From Mytilus edulis (lineage: Eukaryota), in assembly GCF_963676685.1 (NCBI RefSeq), contig NC_092346.1:68820001-68884000 (forward strand): a stretch of 64,000 nt of DNA. Direction: 5' to 3'. Positions 45,298 through 63,300 of the stretch are shown here, in pieces. The notes under the pieces were generated by a model. That model ran no database searches, was not told where the DNA came from, and worked only from the letters and a program-made list of their open reading frames with translations. Position 1 is the first letter of the stretch. Each line of letters begins with the position of its first letter. A program made the position numbers and the translations under genes.

Positions 45298-46282
45298 AAA
45301 TCTGTAAGGGTTCCGCGGAACCAAAAGTCTTGCCTACTTTCGCTGTTAATCGCAGGCTCAATAAGAATGAGGAAAAAACATCAATTAAAATATACCTCTT
45401 CTTTGATGGTAAGAAGCTTCTGTCCAAGTTCGGTACAAATCCACGATAGTTTATGAATTTAAAAACTTTAACTGCAGACTGTATGTTATGTTTACTGGAA
45501 GAAAAACTAAGTCCATTTATGAGTATAATACAGATACATAGGTACAAAATTTTAACAAATTTCCTTCTAGATACTAGCTTTTGATCATAAACAAGCTTCT
45601 GTCCAAGTTCGGTACAAATCCAAAATAGTATAAGAAAGTTATTATACAATTTTAAAAAACTTTAACCACAGGGTGAATGTGCTGTTTCCAGGCAGAAAAT
45701 TTAAGTCCATTTAAAAGTAAAATATGGAAAAAATGGATTTATTTTTTTACAAAATAAACATCTGGATACTATCGTATAATCACAAACAAGCTCCTGTCCA
45801 AGTTTGGTAGAAACCCAGTATAGTTTAAGAAAGTTATTAAAATTTTAAAAACCTTTACCATAGACATAGAGTGAATGTAATGTTTCCTAGCAGAAAAACT
45901 AAGTCCATTTAAAAGTAAAATACAGAAAAAATGGAAATTTATTTTTACAAAATTTACTTCTGGATGCTATCTTATTATCATAAACAAACTCCTGTCCAAG
46001 TTTGGTACAAACCCAGGCTGGTTTAAGAAAGTTATTCAAATTTTAAAAACTTTAACCGCAGAGTGAATGTAATGTTTCCCAGCAGAAAAACTAAGTCCAT
46101 TTATAAGTAAAATACGGAAAAACGGAATTTGATTTTTACAAAATTTACTTATGGATACTATCTTATGACCATAAACAAGCTTCTTTTCTAGTTTGGTAGA
46201 AATCCAGGATAGTTTAAGAAAGTGATTAAAATTTAAAAAAAACTTTAACCACAGAGTGAATATTTGTGGACGCCGCCGCCAC
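45298..46282. mobile_element. Helentron/HINE-like element carrying a ~190-bp x5 satellite array
   Basis: Start palindrome GGTTCCGCGGAACC; AAGCTTCTGTCCAAGTT-type units at 45414, 45593, 45788, 45986, 46177; (GCC/GAC) microsatellite at the end; absent upstream of paralogue H. Confidence 0.65.
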
Positions 46283-46802
46283 CGACGCCGACGCCGACGG
46301 AACCAATTGCCTTTCTTTTACTTAATTTCCATAAAATTATATTTATATAGCAATCTAGATGATATACACATATTCTTTTTTTTAGTATACAAGAATGTAC
46401 CTTATTTTTCGTTTCGCCGAGTTCAATATTATACAATAATAAAGAAATAAAGACATAGTATTAACTGCTAAGAAAACTGTTGTTTATATCTACATCTATA
46501 TATAGATAATATTGTCGATTTAGGAAAATACCTATTTATTTATTCAGTCGTCATGGTGCAATGTTATTTAACATTCGATACTCCTCGATCTTTAACGCGT
46601 TAATCATAGGTTTAAAAATTTCTGTCAAACTTGCCATGCTGGAAGTTAATTGCTGGATAGTACGACTTGGTTGTGTTCAAATGGCATGTATGACGAAATC
46701 GCGCTTTAAAATTAACTATAACAGGCTGAGATTTTCTAACAGTTATATTCAATTTCGGAAGGCTGTGAAGAAGTGAACTAGTAGACAAATAAAGTTTACA
46801 AA

Positions 46803-48262
<1,460 letters not shown>

Positions 48263-49001
48263 CATTTTCCATCTTAACATAATAAATAATGTGATCTTAA
48301 AGATGAAAAAGAGACTCCAGGATCTCCCGACATCCTATCTCCTTGGCACTTCGACATCGATCAGTGTGCAATAGACACTGAAATATCGATCCCAAATTAA
48401 ATTAAGGAGCAACTTAACCTAGTGGATTGTGCAATATGTTTGATTGAACTGAGAAAGATGAATAACACGAGTGTTATTATTGTGATTTTTAATGTTATAC
48501 TGTTTTTGTTTTGTTTTGTTTGTATTTAATCATATAAAATAAAAAATATCTTGCATTTAATAGCTTTCTTTTCTGAATCATTCATAATTTCACTTTTTTA
48601 ACTTTAATTTGACTTTATTTTTCATTTCTTTAGTTTTCGACATCATTAATTCTATCGTTCCATAATAATCTGAGTTTTCCCGTGTAGAGGAAATAGTTAA
48701 CCAAAACATTTCTACTTAAATATATAATGATCAATTTGGAGCGTTAGGCTGAATAATTTAGCTCAAACAATCTGACTGTGTCATTTTTCAGTTTTAGCAT
48801 AATCGTAATAACATTCCACAGAATTTCAACTTAAAAAAAAAGGCAGGGTAAAAATGTATTTCTTCTTACAAAAAAGTGCCTTTTTTTCACATTTTACAAC
48901 TGAAATATATAAGATTAGAATAGATGTTAAACTTTTATGAATCAGAATTTGAAATCGGACACGCATATAATATCGTTATGCAAATAGTAGAACAATCATT
49001 A

Positions 49002-49811
49002 TGTTCCGGACCATATGAGTATTTGGACCATACGCGTATGGTCATGACCATATGGGTATATACTCATATGGTCCGACTATACGCGTATGGTCCTACCGTA
49101 CGCGTATGGTCGGGGTAATTAACACTCTGTTACAGTTTACTTTGAATACTTCTAAACTCTTCATATGGTATGACCGTTCATTAGTTAATTTTACTACCTA
49201 GTCAAAATTAAATTATAATAAACACATTTTATACCGATGTCCATTATCGATTTGTTATTACGAGTGAATAGCAATATTTTGACTTGAAAAGATAACTTCC
49301 AAAAATTTCTCAATAAACTCTACACAAGAAGTCACTGGCAAGCGGTACATATTTTATTTAAGTTGTTTTGTGAATATGGTGTATTGTAGTGCATATTACG
49401 ATATTAAAGAACAAAAGGTGTAACTGAAAAGAATCGTGCACAACCATGACGTGCAAACGCAAAAAAAGTTATGTTACCGTGTGGAAGTAAATGTCGCCGT
49501 TAGCCTACATGCAAGAATGTAATAAGCGATGAAAATTAACTTTTGCATTAATATTTAATTTTAACGTAGCCTTTTAAATTAATACATTATCATGTATAAC
49601 CATCATTGTTTTTTCAGACAAAGTTTATTGTATTATTGAAACGTTTGTAATGCATATTTGAAAAAAAAAATATCTATATGGTCAAAATACTCATATGGTC
49701 CGGCCCGTTAATAACCATACAAGTATATACTCATATGGTCCGACCATATGAGTATACGCATATGGTCATGACCATACGCGTATGGTCCAAATACTCATAT
49801 GGTCCGGAACA
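49002..49811. mobile_element. Harbinger-like MITE with long palindrome-rich TIRs
   Basis: TTA-TGTTCCGGACCATATGAGTATTTGGACCATACGCGTATGG ... CCATACGCGTATGGTCCAAATACTCATATGGTCCGGAACA-TTA; absent at the paralogous site (~57520). Confidence 0.8.
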
Positions 49812-51676
49812 TTATACATTTCCATTGATGGTGGAATGTAAATTATAGTTAGTATAAAGTTTAATGCACTTTAACTCAATTTGTATCACAATCCCCCTTG
49901 TATTGAATTATGTTCTCCGCACGTTTTATTTCAAACTGAAACTTTTTTTGATGACTAATCAATCAAAATACACATTACGTATTTTAAATTTCTATGATAG
50001 TATATCCTTCCTCTTATAATTTTTTCTTGGTCTGCGTGAATTAGGGAAATCATGTTCAAGTTTAACTTTCCAAAATATGAATTTAAGGAACTAACAAAGT
50101 AAGACCACACCTGAATTTATTTAGACGACATCTCGGCGATTCCAGTAAATTGTTTTCGAAAAACCAAATTAGGCTTCATCTTGGTAGAATATAGTGTGGA
50201 CAAATAAATGATCCAAGTATTCATCTCATTTGCCTACAAACAGTGGAATATGATACAATAGATGACTAGGATGATACATACAACTAATGGACCTCTTTGT
50301 CTTCATTATTAAAACTTTTTTGGTCCATATATACCTCTCATTTCTTCAAAATATAACTTTTTAAAAAAATTGTGGTAACTTTCACTCATTTATGTTTGAA
50401 ATGTTATGATAAATGAGTAATTGAAATTTCAAGCTGAATATATACAAGTTTACTGACACCAAGGAGGTTTCAACAAGTTCTTACGACAAACTTAAATTTA
50501 CACCACGTTCCAGAGAGGGACATAAAAAGCATCCTTTTTATTGAATAATTTGCTGTGACTACTGAAAAAAAAGTTTCATTTACTTTTAACTTTCTATAAA
50601 AAAAAAAAAAGAAGATGTGGTACGATTGACATTGAGACAACTTTCCACAAAAGACCAAAATGACACATAAATTAACAACTATAGGTCACCGTACGGTCTT
50701 CTACAATCAGCAAAGCCCATACCACATAGTCAACTATAAAAGGCCCCGAAATGACAATGTAAAACAATTCAAACGAGAAAAAAAACTAACGGCCTTATTT
50801 ATATAAAAAAATGAACGAAAAACAAATATGTAACACATAAACAAACGACAGCCACTGAATAACAGGCTCCTTTATTAAAGTATTGATTAAGGAAAATATT
50901 TTTATTAAAGCAGAATATAAGAAATAAGGAGAAAAGGTCAGACAAAGCTACCCAAAACAATAAGTATGGCTTGATCTGACTTCTTATATTCATGGTAGGG
51001 GTCTATTTCACTGCATTTTTCTCATTTAATATGTTTTTGAGACTCAATCCACTCAGATCATTTTTTTTTTAGTAGTTCACCTTAATAGCATGAAATTGTA
51101 ACAAATGGGTAATACCACCATTGTTTTCTCCTATTAGTCTTTGATAAATTTGCAATAAAAAACATATGTGCAGTATTTATCTTTGTTTCAAATAAAGAAA
51201 TACTTGGCGTGAGTAAAGTTTTATACTGCCCGTTACTTTAAACATAATTTCACATGACATTTCATTGCATATTATAAGAAGAAAAAAACATCACTGATAG
51301 TTAACCAATCAAATTATCACTACTTTTTTTTACTTGTGTACAAGCTTTAGTAACCTGGTACCCTCAAGTTTCAACATATTCTATAGAATCACCAAATAAA
51401 AAAGAAATATGGTGCGTTGAAACACCAAATATATATAATGATGACCCAGAATATGTTTACTTTTACTGCAATGTAATGTAGAATTAATTCTACAACTGCA
51501 AAATTCAAGGGATTTTTTCGATCCTTTTTCGTATACAGCCGGACAATCATTTGATGGTATTACAACTGTTACAGAAAACCATTCAAAATTTGGCTTGCAT
51601 ATCTTTAGTTATAGCTGGCTTTTAATTTCCTGTGCGGACACCGAATTTGACTCGATGTCGCAAAGTCATGAGTTGT

Positions 51677-53195
51677 ATAAAATTGAGAATGGAAATGGGG
51701 AATGTGTCACAGAGACAACAACCCGACCAAATAAAAAACAACAGCAGAGGGTCACCAACAGGTCTTCAATGTAGCGAGAAATTCCCGCACCCGGAGGCGT
51801 CCTTCAGCTGGCCCCTAAACAAATATATACTAGTCCAGTGATAATGAACGCCTTACTAATTTCCAAATTGTACACAAGAAACTAAAATTAAAATAAAACA
51901 AGACTAACAAAGGCCAGAGGCTCCTGACTTGGGACAGGCGCAAAAATGCGGCGGGGTTAAACATGTTTGTGAGATCTCAACCCTCCCCCTATACCTCTAA
52001 CCAATGTAGAAAAGTAAACGCATAACAATACGCACATTAAAATTCAGTTCAAGAGAAGTCCGAGTCTGAAGTCAGAAGATGTAACCAAAGAAAATAAACA
52101 AAATGACAATAATACATAAATAACAACAGACTACTAGCAGTTAACTGACATGCCAGCTCCAGACTTCAATTAAACTGACTGAAAGATTATGATTTCATCA
52201 TATGAACATCAGGCACAATCCTTCCCGTTAGGGGTTTAGTATCATACCATCATAACATATATGAGAAGAACATAACCCGTGTCAGGCCAACATCTGTTTT
52301 TAGAATAAATGTCTTTAGTTTTGATGCAAAGACCTTATCAGTGACTCAATATTAACGCCAAAATATGCAATTTTCAATGACTTGACAACAGTATCATAAT
52401 TATATCCCTTCTTAATAAGTCTATTCAAAGGTTTTGTATGTTTCTGAGGTGAATACTGACACCTTTGTGCTTTATAAAGAATATTTCCATAAAAAAATGG
52501 GTGCGAAATACCTGAACGTATTAGAAGTCTGCATGTTGAGCTATATTTACGAATGATGTCTTTATACCGATGATAAAATTTAGTAAATGTTTTGACTAGT
52601 TTGTGATATCGAAAACCCTGGTGTAATAATTTTTCAGTAATACATAAATTTCTCTCGTTAAAATCTAAAACATTGTTACATACGCGAGCGAATCGTACAA
52701 GTTGAGATATATAAACACCGTAAGATGGTGACCAAGGGAACGTCACCATCTAAAAACGGATAATTAACGATAGGAAATGAAAAATCATCCCTTTTATCAT
52801 AAATTTTAGTATTTAGCTTTCCATTAGTGATATAGATATCAAGATCGAGAAAAGGGCAGTGGTCATTGTTAGTATTAGCTTTATTTAAAGTAAGTTCAAC
52901 AGGATAAATTTCATTAATATACATACTGAAGTCGTCATTATTGAGAGCCAAAATATCATCCAAATATCTAAAAGTACTATTAAATTTGTTTATCAGATGT
53001 TGTTTCGATGGGTCTTTGCTTATTTTTGTCATAAATTGTAACTCATAACAATACAAAAACAGGTCCGCAATAAGTGGTGCACAGTTAGTCCCCATTGGGA
53101 TTCCGATAATCTGACGATATACGGAATCCCCAAAGCGAACAAAAATGTTATCTAGTAAAAATTCAAGGGCATATATAGTATCAAAGCATGTATGT
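51677..53195 (-). mobile_element. 5'-truncated Naiad-type Penelope-like retroelement: RT/thumb (one frameshift near 52735, stop at 52315) plus ~640-nt 3' tail
   Basis: GIPMGTNCAPLIADLFL, RYLDDIL, FLDL, YDKRDDF, SYGVYISQLVRFARVC motifs; no C-terminal GIY-YIG before the stop. Confidence 0.88.
52199..52263 (-). promoter_or_regulatory. Eukaryotic SECIS element (type II)
   Basis: Minus strand: CATAT-ATGTT-ATGAT-GGTATGATACT-AAA-CCCCTAACGGG-A-AGGATTGTGCC-TGAT-GTTC-ATATG: AUGA/UGAU core, 11-bp helix II, apical AAA, mini-stem, helix I; starts ~50 nt after the RT stop. Confidence 0.8.
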
Positions 53196-53776
53196 TTATA
53201 TATCTCACCGTAGATGGTTTTTACTGCAAATAGAGAAATTATGCGCATATACTAACAAGTATAAATAATCAAACTTTCATGATAGTTGGACATATGAATT
53301 TCATACTTTGTTTAACTTTGAAGTTATAAGTTCACCAGCAATCGATCATTTGCCCAAAATTTTTCCATTTCTACGTTTTTTTTCTTTTGGTTGATAAGAA
53401 AGCAAATATAAGCATTAGACTATGTTTACCACCCTCCCTATATAAAACGTAATATACCAAATTGATTGTATGGTACCCTCAACAACAACAAGACAGTAAG
53501 TACAGATCTGAGAGTACTCGCAGTTACTGACAGCTGGTTCAAAGCCACTAACAACTAATAAAAAAAGCATGCATGTAAGACTGAATACAGAAATAATCCA
53601 ACACGATAAGAAAAAGAGAAGCATGAAGAACATATTGATAGTTTGCAATTCTTAATATATTTAAACAAACAAATTAATGACGTATTAATTTTTTACAACA
53701 AAATTGAAAATAATATTAAATGCAAAAAAAAAGCAAAAACAAAAACAAAAAACAAAAACAAAAATCACCTTTCTTG

Positions 53777-53954
53777 TATGGCAAGCCGTTGTGGATTCCC
53801 TATTTATTAATATTAATAAATCATTTATTATTATTAAATATTATTTTTTAATGTTAATAAATATTTTTTAATATTACAAAATCATTTATCAATATAAATA
53901 AATGATTTTTTAATATTAATAAATAGGGAATAAATTCCACAACGGCTTGCCATA
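53777..53954. mobile_element. Foldback MITE with apparent TTCTTG target duplication
   Basis: TATGGCAAGCCGTTGTGGA-TTCCCTATTTATTAATATT ... AATATTAATAAATAGGGAA-TCCACAACGGCTTGCCATA; empty site upstream of G. Confidence 0.65.
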
Positions 53955-54702
53955 TTCTTGTACTTATTATAATTTCAATAAATTTATATTTTTTTGGCAA
54001 TTCTGTTACAATAAAATTGAGAATGGAAATGGGGAATGTGTCAAAGAGACAACAACCCGCCCAAATAAAAAACAACAGCAGAGGGTCACCAACAGGTCTT
54101 CAATGTAGCGAGAAATTCCCGCACCCGGAGGCGTCCTTCAGCTGGCCCCTAAACAAATATATACTAGTCCAGTGATAATGAACGCCATACTAATTTCCAA
54201 ATTGTACACAAGAAACTAAAATTAAAATAATACAAGACTAACAAAGGCCAGAGGCTCCTGACTTGGGACAGGCGCAAAAATTTACTTTAGAATGTGCCTT
54301 ATTTCTTGTTTCGCAGAGTTCAAATTGTATACACTAATAAAGAAATAAAGACAGCATATCTGCTTAGAAAACTGTTGTTAATATCTATATCTATATATAG
54401 CTAATATTGTCGATTTAGGAAAATACATATATGTATTTATTCAGTCGTCACGGTGCAATGTAATTTAACATTCGATACTCCTCGATCTTTTACGCGTTAA
54501 TCATAGATTTAAAAATATCTGTCAAACTTGCCATGCTGGAAGTTAAATGCTGGATTGTACGACTTGGTTGTGTTCAAATGGCATGTGTGACGAAATCGCG
54601 CTTAAAGATAAACTATAAAAAGCAGAGGTTTTTTAACAGTTCTATTCAATTTCGAAAAGCTGTGAAGAAGTGAACTAGTAAACAAATAAAAATAAATACA
54701 AA

Positions 54703-56868
<2,166 letters not shown>

Positions 56869-59800
56869 CATTTCCCATCTTAACACAAGTAATGTGAACT
56901 TAAAGATGAAAAGGGGACTCCGGGATATATATCCTGAAACCCTATCTCCTGGTCACATCGACATCAATCAGTGTGAAACAGAAACGAAAGATAGATCCCG
57001 CATCAAATTGAGGAGCAATAAAAATACGTGGATTGTGCAATATATTTAATTGAACTCAGACAGAGAAATTAAAAGATAGATAATATTGTGATATTTTATG
57101 TTATTCTTTTTTTTGTTATGTGTGTATGTATTCATAAATAAAAATTAACAATGGATGTTTTTTTTCTGACTCATTAAAAAGTTAAGAGGAACACAATGAT
57201 AAAACTAAATTATTCTTTGTTTAGTTTTTGACATCATGAATCCCATCATTCCATAATGGCCTCAATGACTAATATAAAGATATACAAGCTGATTGTTTCA
57301 AATTACAATTTATAAAATATCCCGAAAGAGCTTTCTATGGAAAATAATATTCAAATTAATTAACAAAAAAAGGGTAGAAAATGCATTACATGTTTCAAAG
57401 AAGGTGCATTTTTTTTTTACATCATTTACAAATTTACAACCAAAAAATACAAGATTACAATAATGTTTAAATCAATCAGAACACATATATGATATCTTTA
57501 TACAAAGAGTGAAAAATGCAATGTACAGAACCATTGATTGTGTGATGTAAATTAAAGTTATTTACAGCTTAATGCTCTCGTACTTCGATAACCAAAAGTA
57601 TCAAAATCGCTCATTATGCACTCCACACGTATTTTTTTTTACAAAAACTTTTTAAAAGATTTTCAAACAATAACATGTAGTATATAACGTAATCGGAGAT
57701 CAATATTTTAATCAGATTGTTGGAAAATATGCATTTTCTTCCTCTATCAATTTTTCCTGGTATAAGAGTTCTAAAAAAATATGTTCTAGTTCAACTTTCC
57801 AAACCCAAAAATGGATGATAGGGACCTAAGTAAGACAACATCTGATAATTTTTTATACATATTGTCCTCCAATTTATAAATTTAAACACCAGTGGATGAA
57901 GTATAGTTGGCTTATGATTTTTTATTCTCAGCTTTTAGTTCTTAATACGAAACTGTTAACATGTTTTTAAAAAGGACAAAGAACAAAGGACTTTTCAATC
58001 ATGCCTTCTACAAAAAAAAAAAGGTTTCAATCATTTTAAACTTGTGAGTCCTAAATTATTGCTAAACGTTTGTCCATTATGTATCCTGTTTGCATACCGA
58101 TTTGGACTCAATAACTTGTATTACAAATAGTTACTGGCGACTGAGCTAAACACCAAGGTTACCGCATGAGAAGTAGCGAATGCGTTCTCCTACATAGCAT
58201 TTGATGTCAAACTGTGGGCCTCATGTTTGTTGGTTTTAGAATAATACAAAATTGAAAAAAGTGCAGAGACAAAATATATCTGCAAATTTAGAAACCAATT
58301 GTCAACACGGTAAATCCTATAACGTATGAGTTTGAACGTCCCTTTTGGTATCTTTCGTCTCTCTCATATCACATGGCAAGGTGTTAAACTCCCTTGCTTA
58401 CTCGTGAGGTTCTCGAACGGTCAGAAAACGAAAACAAAAGTTGTGTTTTATAATAGTATATGAATATGAATTCAAAACAACGATGTATTCATATAAAGTT
58501 AACAGTTTGTTTTTTTTACAAAATATATGTAATTGTTGACCGAATGACTGCTAAAATGGCGTACTCCGGGAATGTATTCGTCAAGCAAAATTTAAACCAA
58601 TTTTACACCAAGCTTCTATAGCCTGCTGTACTTGCTGCTTGCTATTTAAGGAGGGCAACGATAACATTCAACTGAAGTTTGTTTTTATTTCAACTTATTT
58701 CTCATTTCATTTTTTTTTACCATTTACAATAAGGCTTTCCCGTAAGTTTATAACTGATGGCGGCCTTTCAAAAACGGGACAAACAATAAAAAGATCTAGT
58801 TTTAGGGTCTACAACAAGGGAGGTAGTATTTTTTCACTAGAATTCCTACTGAGTGGTCGATTAAATTTGTAACGAAAAGCTGAGTTTCACACTAGTAGTC
58901 AGTTCGGAAGCCGTATAGTAGTTCGGGGGATCAACAATTTGTTTTCTCTAGGTATTTCAGCATGTTTTAACTAATGAGTGCTCCAATAACTTGCGTGATA
59001 CAGAGGTCGATAGTTTTCTGCTTATGGTATTGTCACTTTTCAACTACTTATAAAAGGTAATTTTCAGTGTTGTTAGAGTGTCGAAAATGGTTGTTAGTGA
59101 TGGTGCAAGGTGTTCAGCACATTCTCAGAGAACTGTATGTTGTTTCGGGTGAAGCTTTGGTAGGATCGACTTCCCTTAGTAATTCTGCGACTCCTTGTTC
59201 TATTATAATAATCTATGAGTTTCATTGATATCTTTTCCGGCAAAAAAGTTCCTACTTTAGAAAAAAAAAGATTGTTTTTACATGGCTTGAAAAGAGACAT
59301 GTTATATTATATATTTCTGGTTGAAATGAAAATATTGACCACAATAAGATTCTGTGTTATAATTTGTCAATGAAACCGCACTTTTTGTGGTGCTATGCTT
59401 CAAAGGACAATCAATTTGCAACAGTTTGGTGAGATGTTTCAGCAGAGACACATCATACAGTATGACACAAATTCGTACACGTACAGCAAAACAAGCAAAG
59501 GAACAGGAATTGCTGTTCTTTATCTGAAAGACCTTAAACTCAGGGAAAAAACTCTAACCCCACTGCAAGTTCATACGGCGCCTAGCACCGGCTTTACATT
59601 TAGCAGATTTCTGTGCAAACCGACGATTTCGAACAATATTGAATTGCAGAACAATACCATGGAGTAATAACAAAAAAATATCAAACATTTACTGTCACAA
59701 TTTAGTCTGACAATCACATTTAATTTTATAAAATAAACCTGTATTTAACTTCTTACTAAAAAAAAAGTAGAAACAAAAGAAGTAAGAGATAAGACTGATG

Positions 59801-59994
59801 ATATGTCTTCAATTACATAAATGTAATGTAAAAAAGACAGCAAAATCTCTATAAAATTTACATTAATACAAGCATTCTTTATAATTTTAGTGGCCTCAAA
59901 TTTTCTCGAGGAAATTTATGGTCAATATTTCAGCATATAACATTTAAAATAATATTATTTCCGTGATCGATTTCAAGAAATGAATAACTGTTAT

Positions 59995-60152
59995 TGTAAC
60001 GATATGTATATGTTTATGATGCGCTCCATAGATTAGCACTGACACTGATGACGTTGTACACGTACATGATGTAACTGTTTGGAATTATACTTGTGTGCCT
60101 AAACTATTGTTTGTACTTCTTATGGCCCTCATATCGTAGGAATAACGATACA
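59995..60152 (+). repeat. 5' LTR (~158 bp) of the Ty3/Gypsy element, followed by a tRNA-Leu-type PBS (60153-60167)
   Basis: TGTAACG...CGATACA then TGGTGTCAGATGTGG; the 3' LTR is outside the window, so the left boundary is inferred. Confidence 0.7.
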
Positions 60153-60395
60153 TGGTGTCAGATGTGGTTGCAAACGAACAATATAAATCATATTAGTGAA
60201 TTATGTGCACCGAAAAGTTTATAAATAACATTTGAAGCGAGACGCCAGCATCCCGGCATTGTTTGGATAACACGTTTTGTTCAAGGACATACAATTCGCT
60301 ATGTACCGTGAGTTATTTATGACTTGTTAACAATTTATATTCGAAAATCATTCTCATTTTGAAGAAAACTTTTCATATATATATTAATTATCAAT

Positions 60396-63300
60396 ATGGC
60401 TGATAATGAAGCTGAAGTGGTCGCTGAGGCAATAATTTCTACGGAACGCATAATTAACACTAATCTGCCGTTTCCACAGAAATTGGATTTTCGAGGAAAC
60501 ATTGCTACAAATTGGAAACGTTTTAAACGAATGTGGACTAACTATGAAATTGCAACAGGATTAGAGAAGCAAGAGGGCAAAACAAGAACTGCTACGTTCT
60601 TAACGTGCATTGGCGCAGATGCGCTAGAAATTTTTGATGGATTCGTGTTTGCTAACGAAGTTGAAACTAATGATATAGATGCCGTTATTGAGAAATTTGA
60701 GAACTTTTGCATTGGTAAAACGAACGAAACTTATGAGAGATATTGTTTCAACAAACGAGACCAAGAGCAAGGTGAAAACATTGATACATATGTTGCTGCA
60801 TTACGCACATTAGTCAAAACATGTAATTATGGCACAATAGAGGAAAGCTTAATTCGAGACAGAATAGTAATTGGCCTACGTGAAAATTCAACAAGAAAGA
60901 AGTTGTTACAAGATGCGAAACTGACTTTAAATCGGTGTGTAGACGTTTGCCGAGCAAATGAGAAAACTAGCATCCAAATGAAGGACATTTCACAAGAAGA
61001 GGTCCAGTATGTAAGGAGACGGGATCAGAAACCGAGAAAAAACTTTACTCCGAGACCGCAAACCGATAAGAAGTTTGATGATTGCAAGTATTGTGGAAGA
61101 CAACACGTGCAGAAAAGAGAAGCATGTCCAGCATGGGGCAAAACATGTGGAAAATGTGGCAAGTCAAATCATTTCAAAATCAAATGTGAATCCGGAAGAG
61201 CGACTCCGAGTGCAAACAAGCCGAATTTTAGACAAAAGAACAGAAGAACCGTACACAACATCGAACAATCCGATGATGAAAATATGTCTGATGAAGAATA
61301 TATGTTCATTGTTGAAGACGTAAATACCGTTGGACTAAAAAGAATAAATGCAATTATGAATGTTCAAAACAAGCAAGTTAAGTTCCAACTCGACTGTGGA
61401 TCGACCGTCAATGTTCTTCCGACAAAAGACTACAAGAAAATATTCAATGATAAAGAACTTGTGCAATTAAAACCGTCAAATCAGACACTTGTTATGTTCA
61501 ACAAGACCGAAACTAAACCTGCTGGAAAGAGGAAAATCACAATAGTCAATCCGAAGAATAAGAAATGGTACAATTTAGAATTCGTAGTTGTATCTGGAAA
61601 TGTACAGCCGATTCTAGGATCTGAAGCGATTCAGAGGATGAAATTAATTACTGTGAACAAAGTTAATATTCACAATGACAATATTTCGAAAGTAGATGAT
61701 AAAACTGAAAATCAAAGAACTGATAGCACTGTAAGTGTTGTATCAAAACAGATGCTTGAAAAGCAATATCCAGATGTGTTTAAGGGAGAAGGAAAGCTAC
61801 CCGGAAAACTGAAGTTGGACATTGATGAAACCGTTAAGCCAGTCAAGCTCGCTACACGGAAAGTGCCAGTTGCACTTAGAGACAAAATAAAAAATGAACT
61901 AGATACTTTGATTGAAAAAGATATTATTTCACAAGTTGATGTTCCGACCGATTGGATATCGTCGATGGTTGTTGTTACGAAATCGTCCGGGAAAATAAGA
62001 CTTTGTATAGACCCGAAACCACTGAATGAAGCGTTGAAAAGGAATCATTACCCGACTCCGACGATCGACGACTTGTTACCAGATTTAGAAAAAGCAAGAT
62101 GGTTCTCAGTAGCAGATGCAAAAAACGGATTTTGGCATGTGCAGTTAGAGGAAGAGACTAGTTACTTGACAACTTTCGGAACTCCGTGGGGACGATACCG
62201 ATGGAAGAGAATGCCGTTCGGTATATCGCCAGCGCCCGAGGAATTCCAGCGTAGAATGGATGAAGCGCTCGAGGGATTAAAAGGCGTGAAAGTTATTCAT
62301 GATGATATCTTGATATATGGTTGCGGAACCAACGACAAGGACGCACAAGAAGATCACGATAAGAACCTGATAGGGTTAATGGATCGTTGTAGACAGAAAG
62401 GTTTGAAACTAAATAAAGACAAACTGAAACTAAGATTACAGGAAGTTAGCTATCTTGGTCATAGAATTACCGCTGAAGGACTGAAAATAGACTCCGAAAA
62501 AGTGAAAGCTATTACGGAAATGCCGATACCTGAGGACCGACAAGCAGTTCAGAGACTTTTGGGCATGGTGAACTATGTACAGAAGTTTGCACCATGTTTA
62601 TCCGAAATCACCGCTCCACTTAGACAATTGCTTAAGTCCGAAAATGATTTCAAATGGGATCCTCACGTACACGGACTATCATTTGATCAGCTAAGAACCG
62701 TATTGTCAAATACACCGGTACTTAGATACTTTGATGAAAAGAAAGAAGTCATTTTGCAGTGTGATGCATCGAAATCAGGACTGGGTGCTTGCTTGTTGCA
62801 GGAGGGACAACCAGTATGTTATGCGTCGAGAGCATTAACACCAACAGAAGAAAACTATGCTCAAATTGAAAAAGAATTACTAGCAGTAGTTTTTGGAATG
62901 GAAAAATTTGAAACATACACATATGGAAGAAAAATCGTCGTCGAATCAGATCATAAACCGCTTGAGATTATATGTAAGAAAGTTTTGCTTTCCGCTCCGA
63001 AACGACTACAAAGAATGTTGTTACGCTTACAAAAGTTTGAATATGTTGTTGTTTTCAAACCAGGTATTGAAATGTACATGGCAGATACATTGAGTAGAGC
63101 ATACATTAACAAAGAACTAAGTGGACAAGATAAAAGATCGGAAACCGAGAAGGAAGTTGAAACTGTGAATGCGATTCAATTCTTACCGATCACCGCCGAA
63201 AGGTGTAAAACACTACAATCAGCTACCGCAGAAGATGAAGAACTTCAAATTCTTTCGAAAGTTATAAAGAAAGGATGGCCGATTAACAAGGATGCCGTAG

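Noticed and set aside
58639-59667. Short ORFs upstream of the LTR
   Set aside because: No recognisable domain; probably decayed repeat or chance ORFs.
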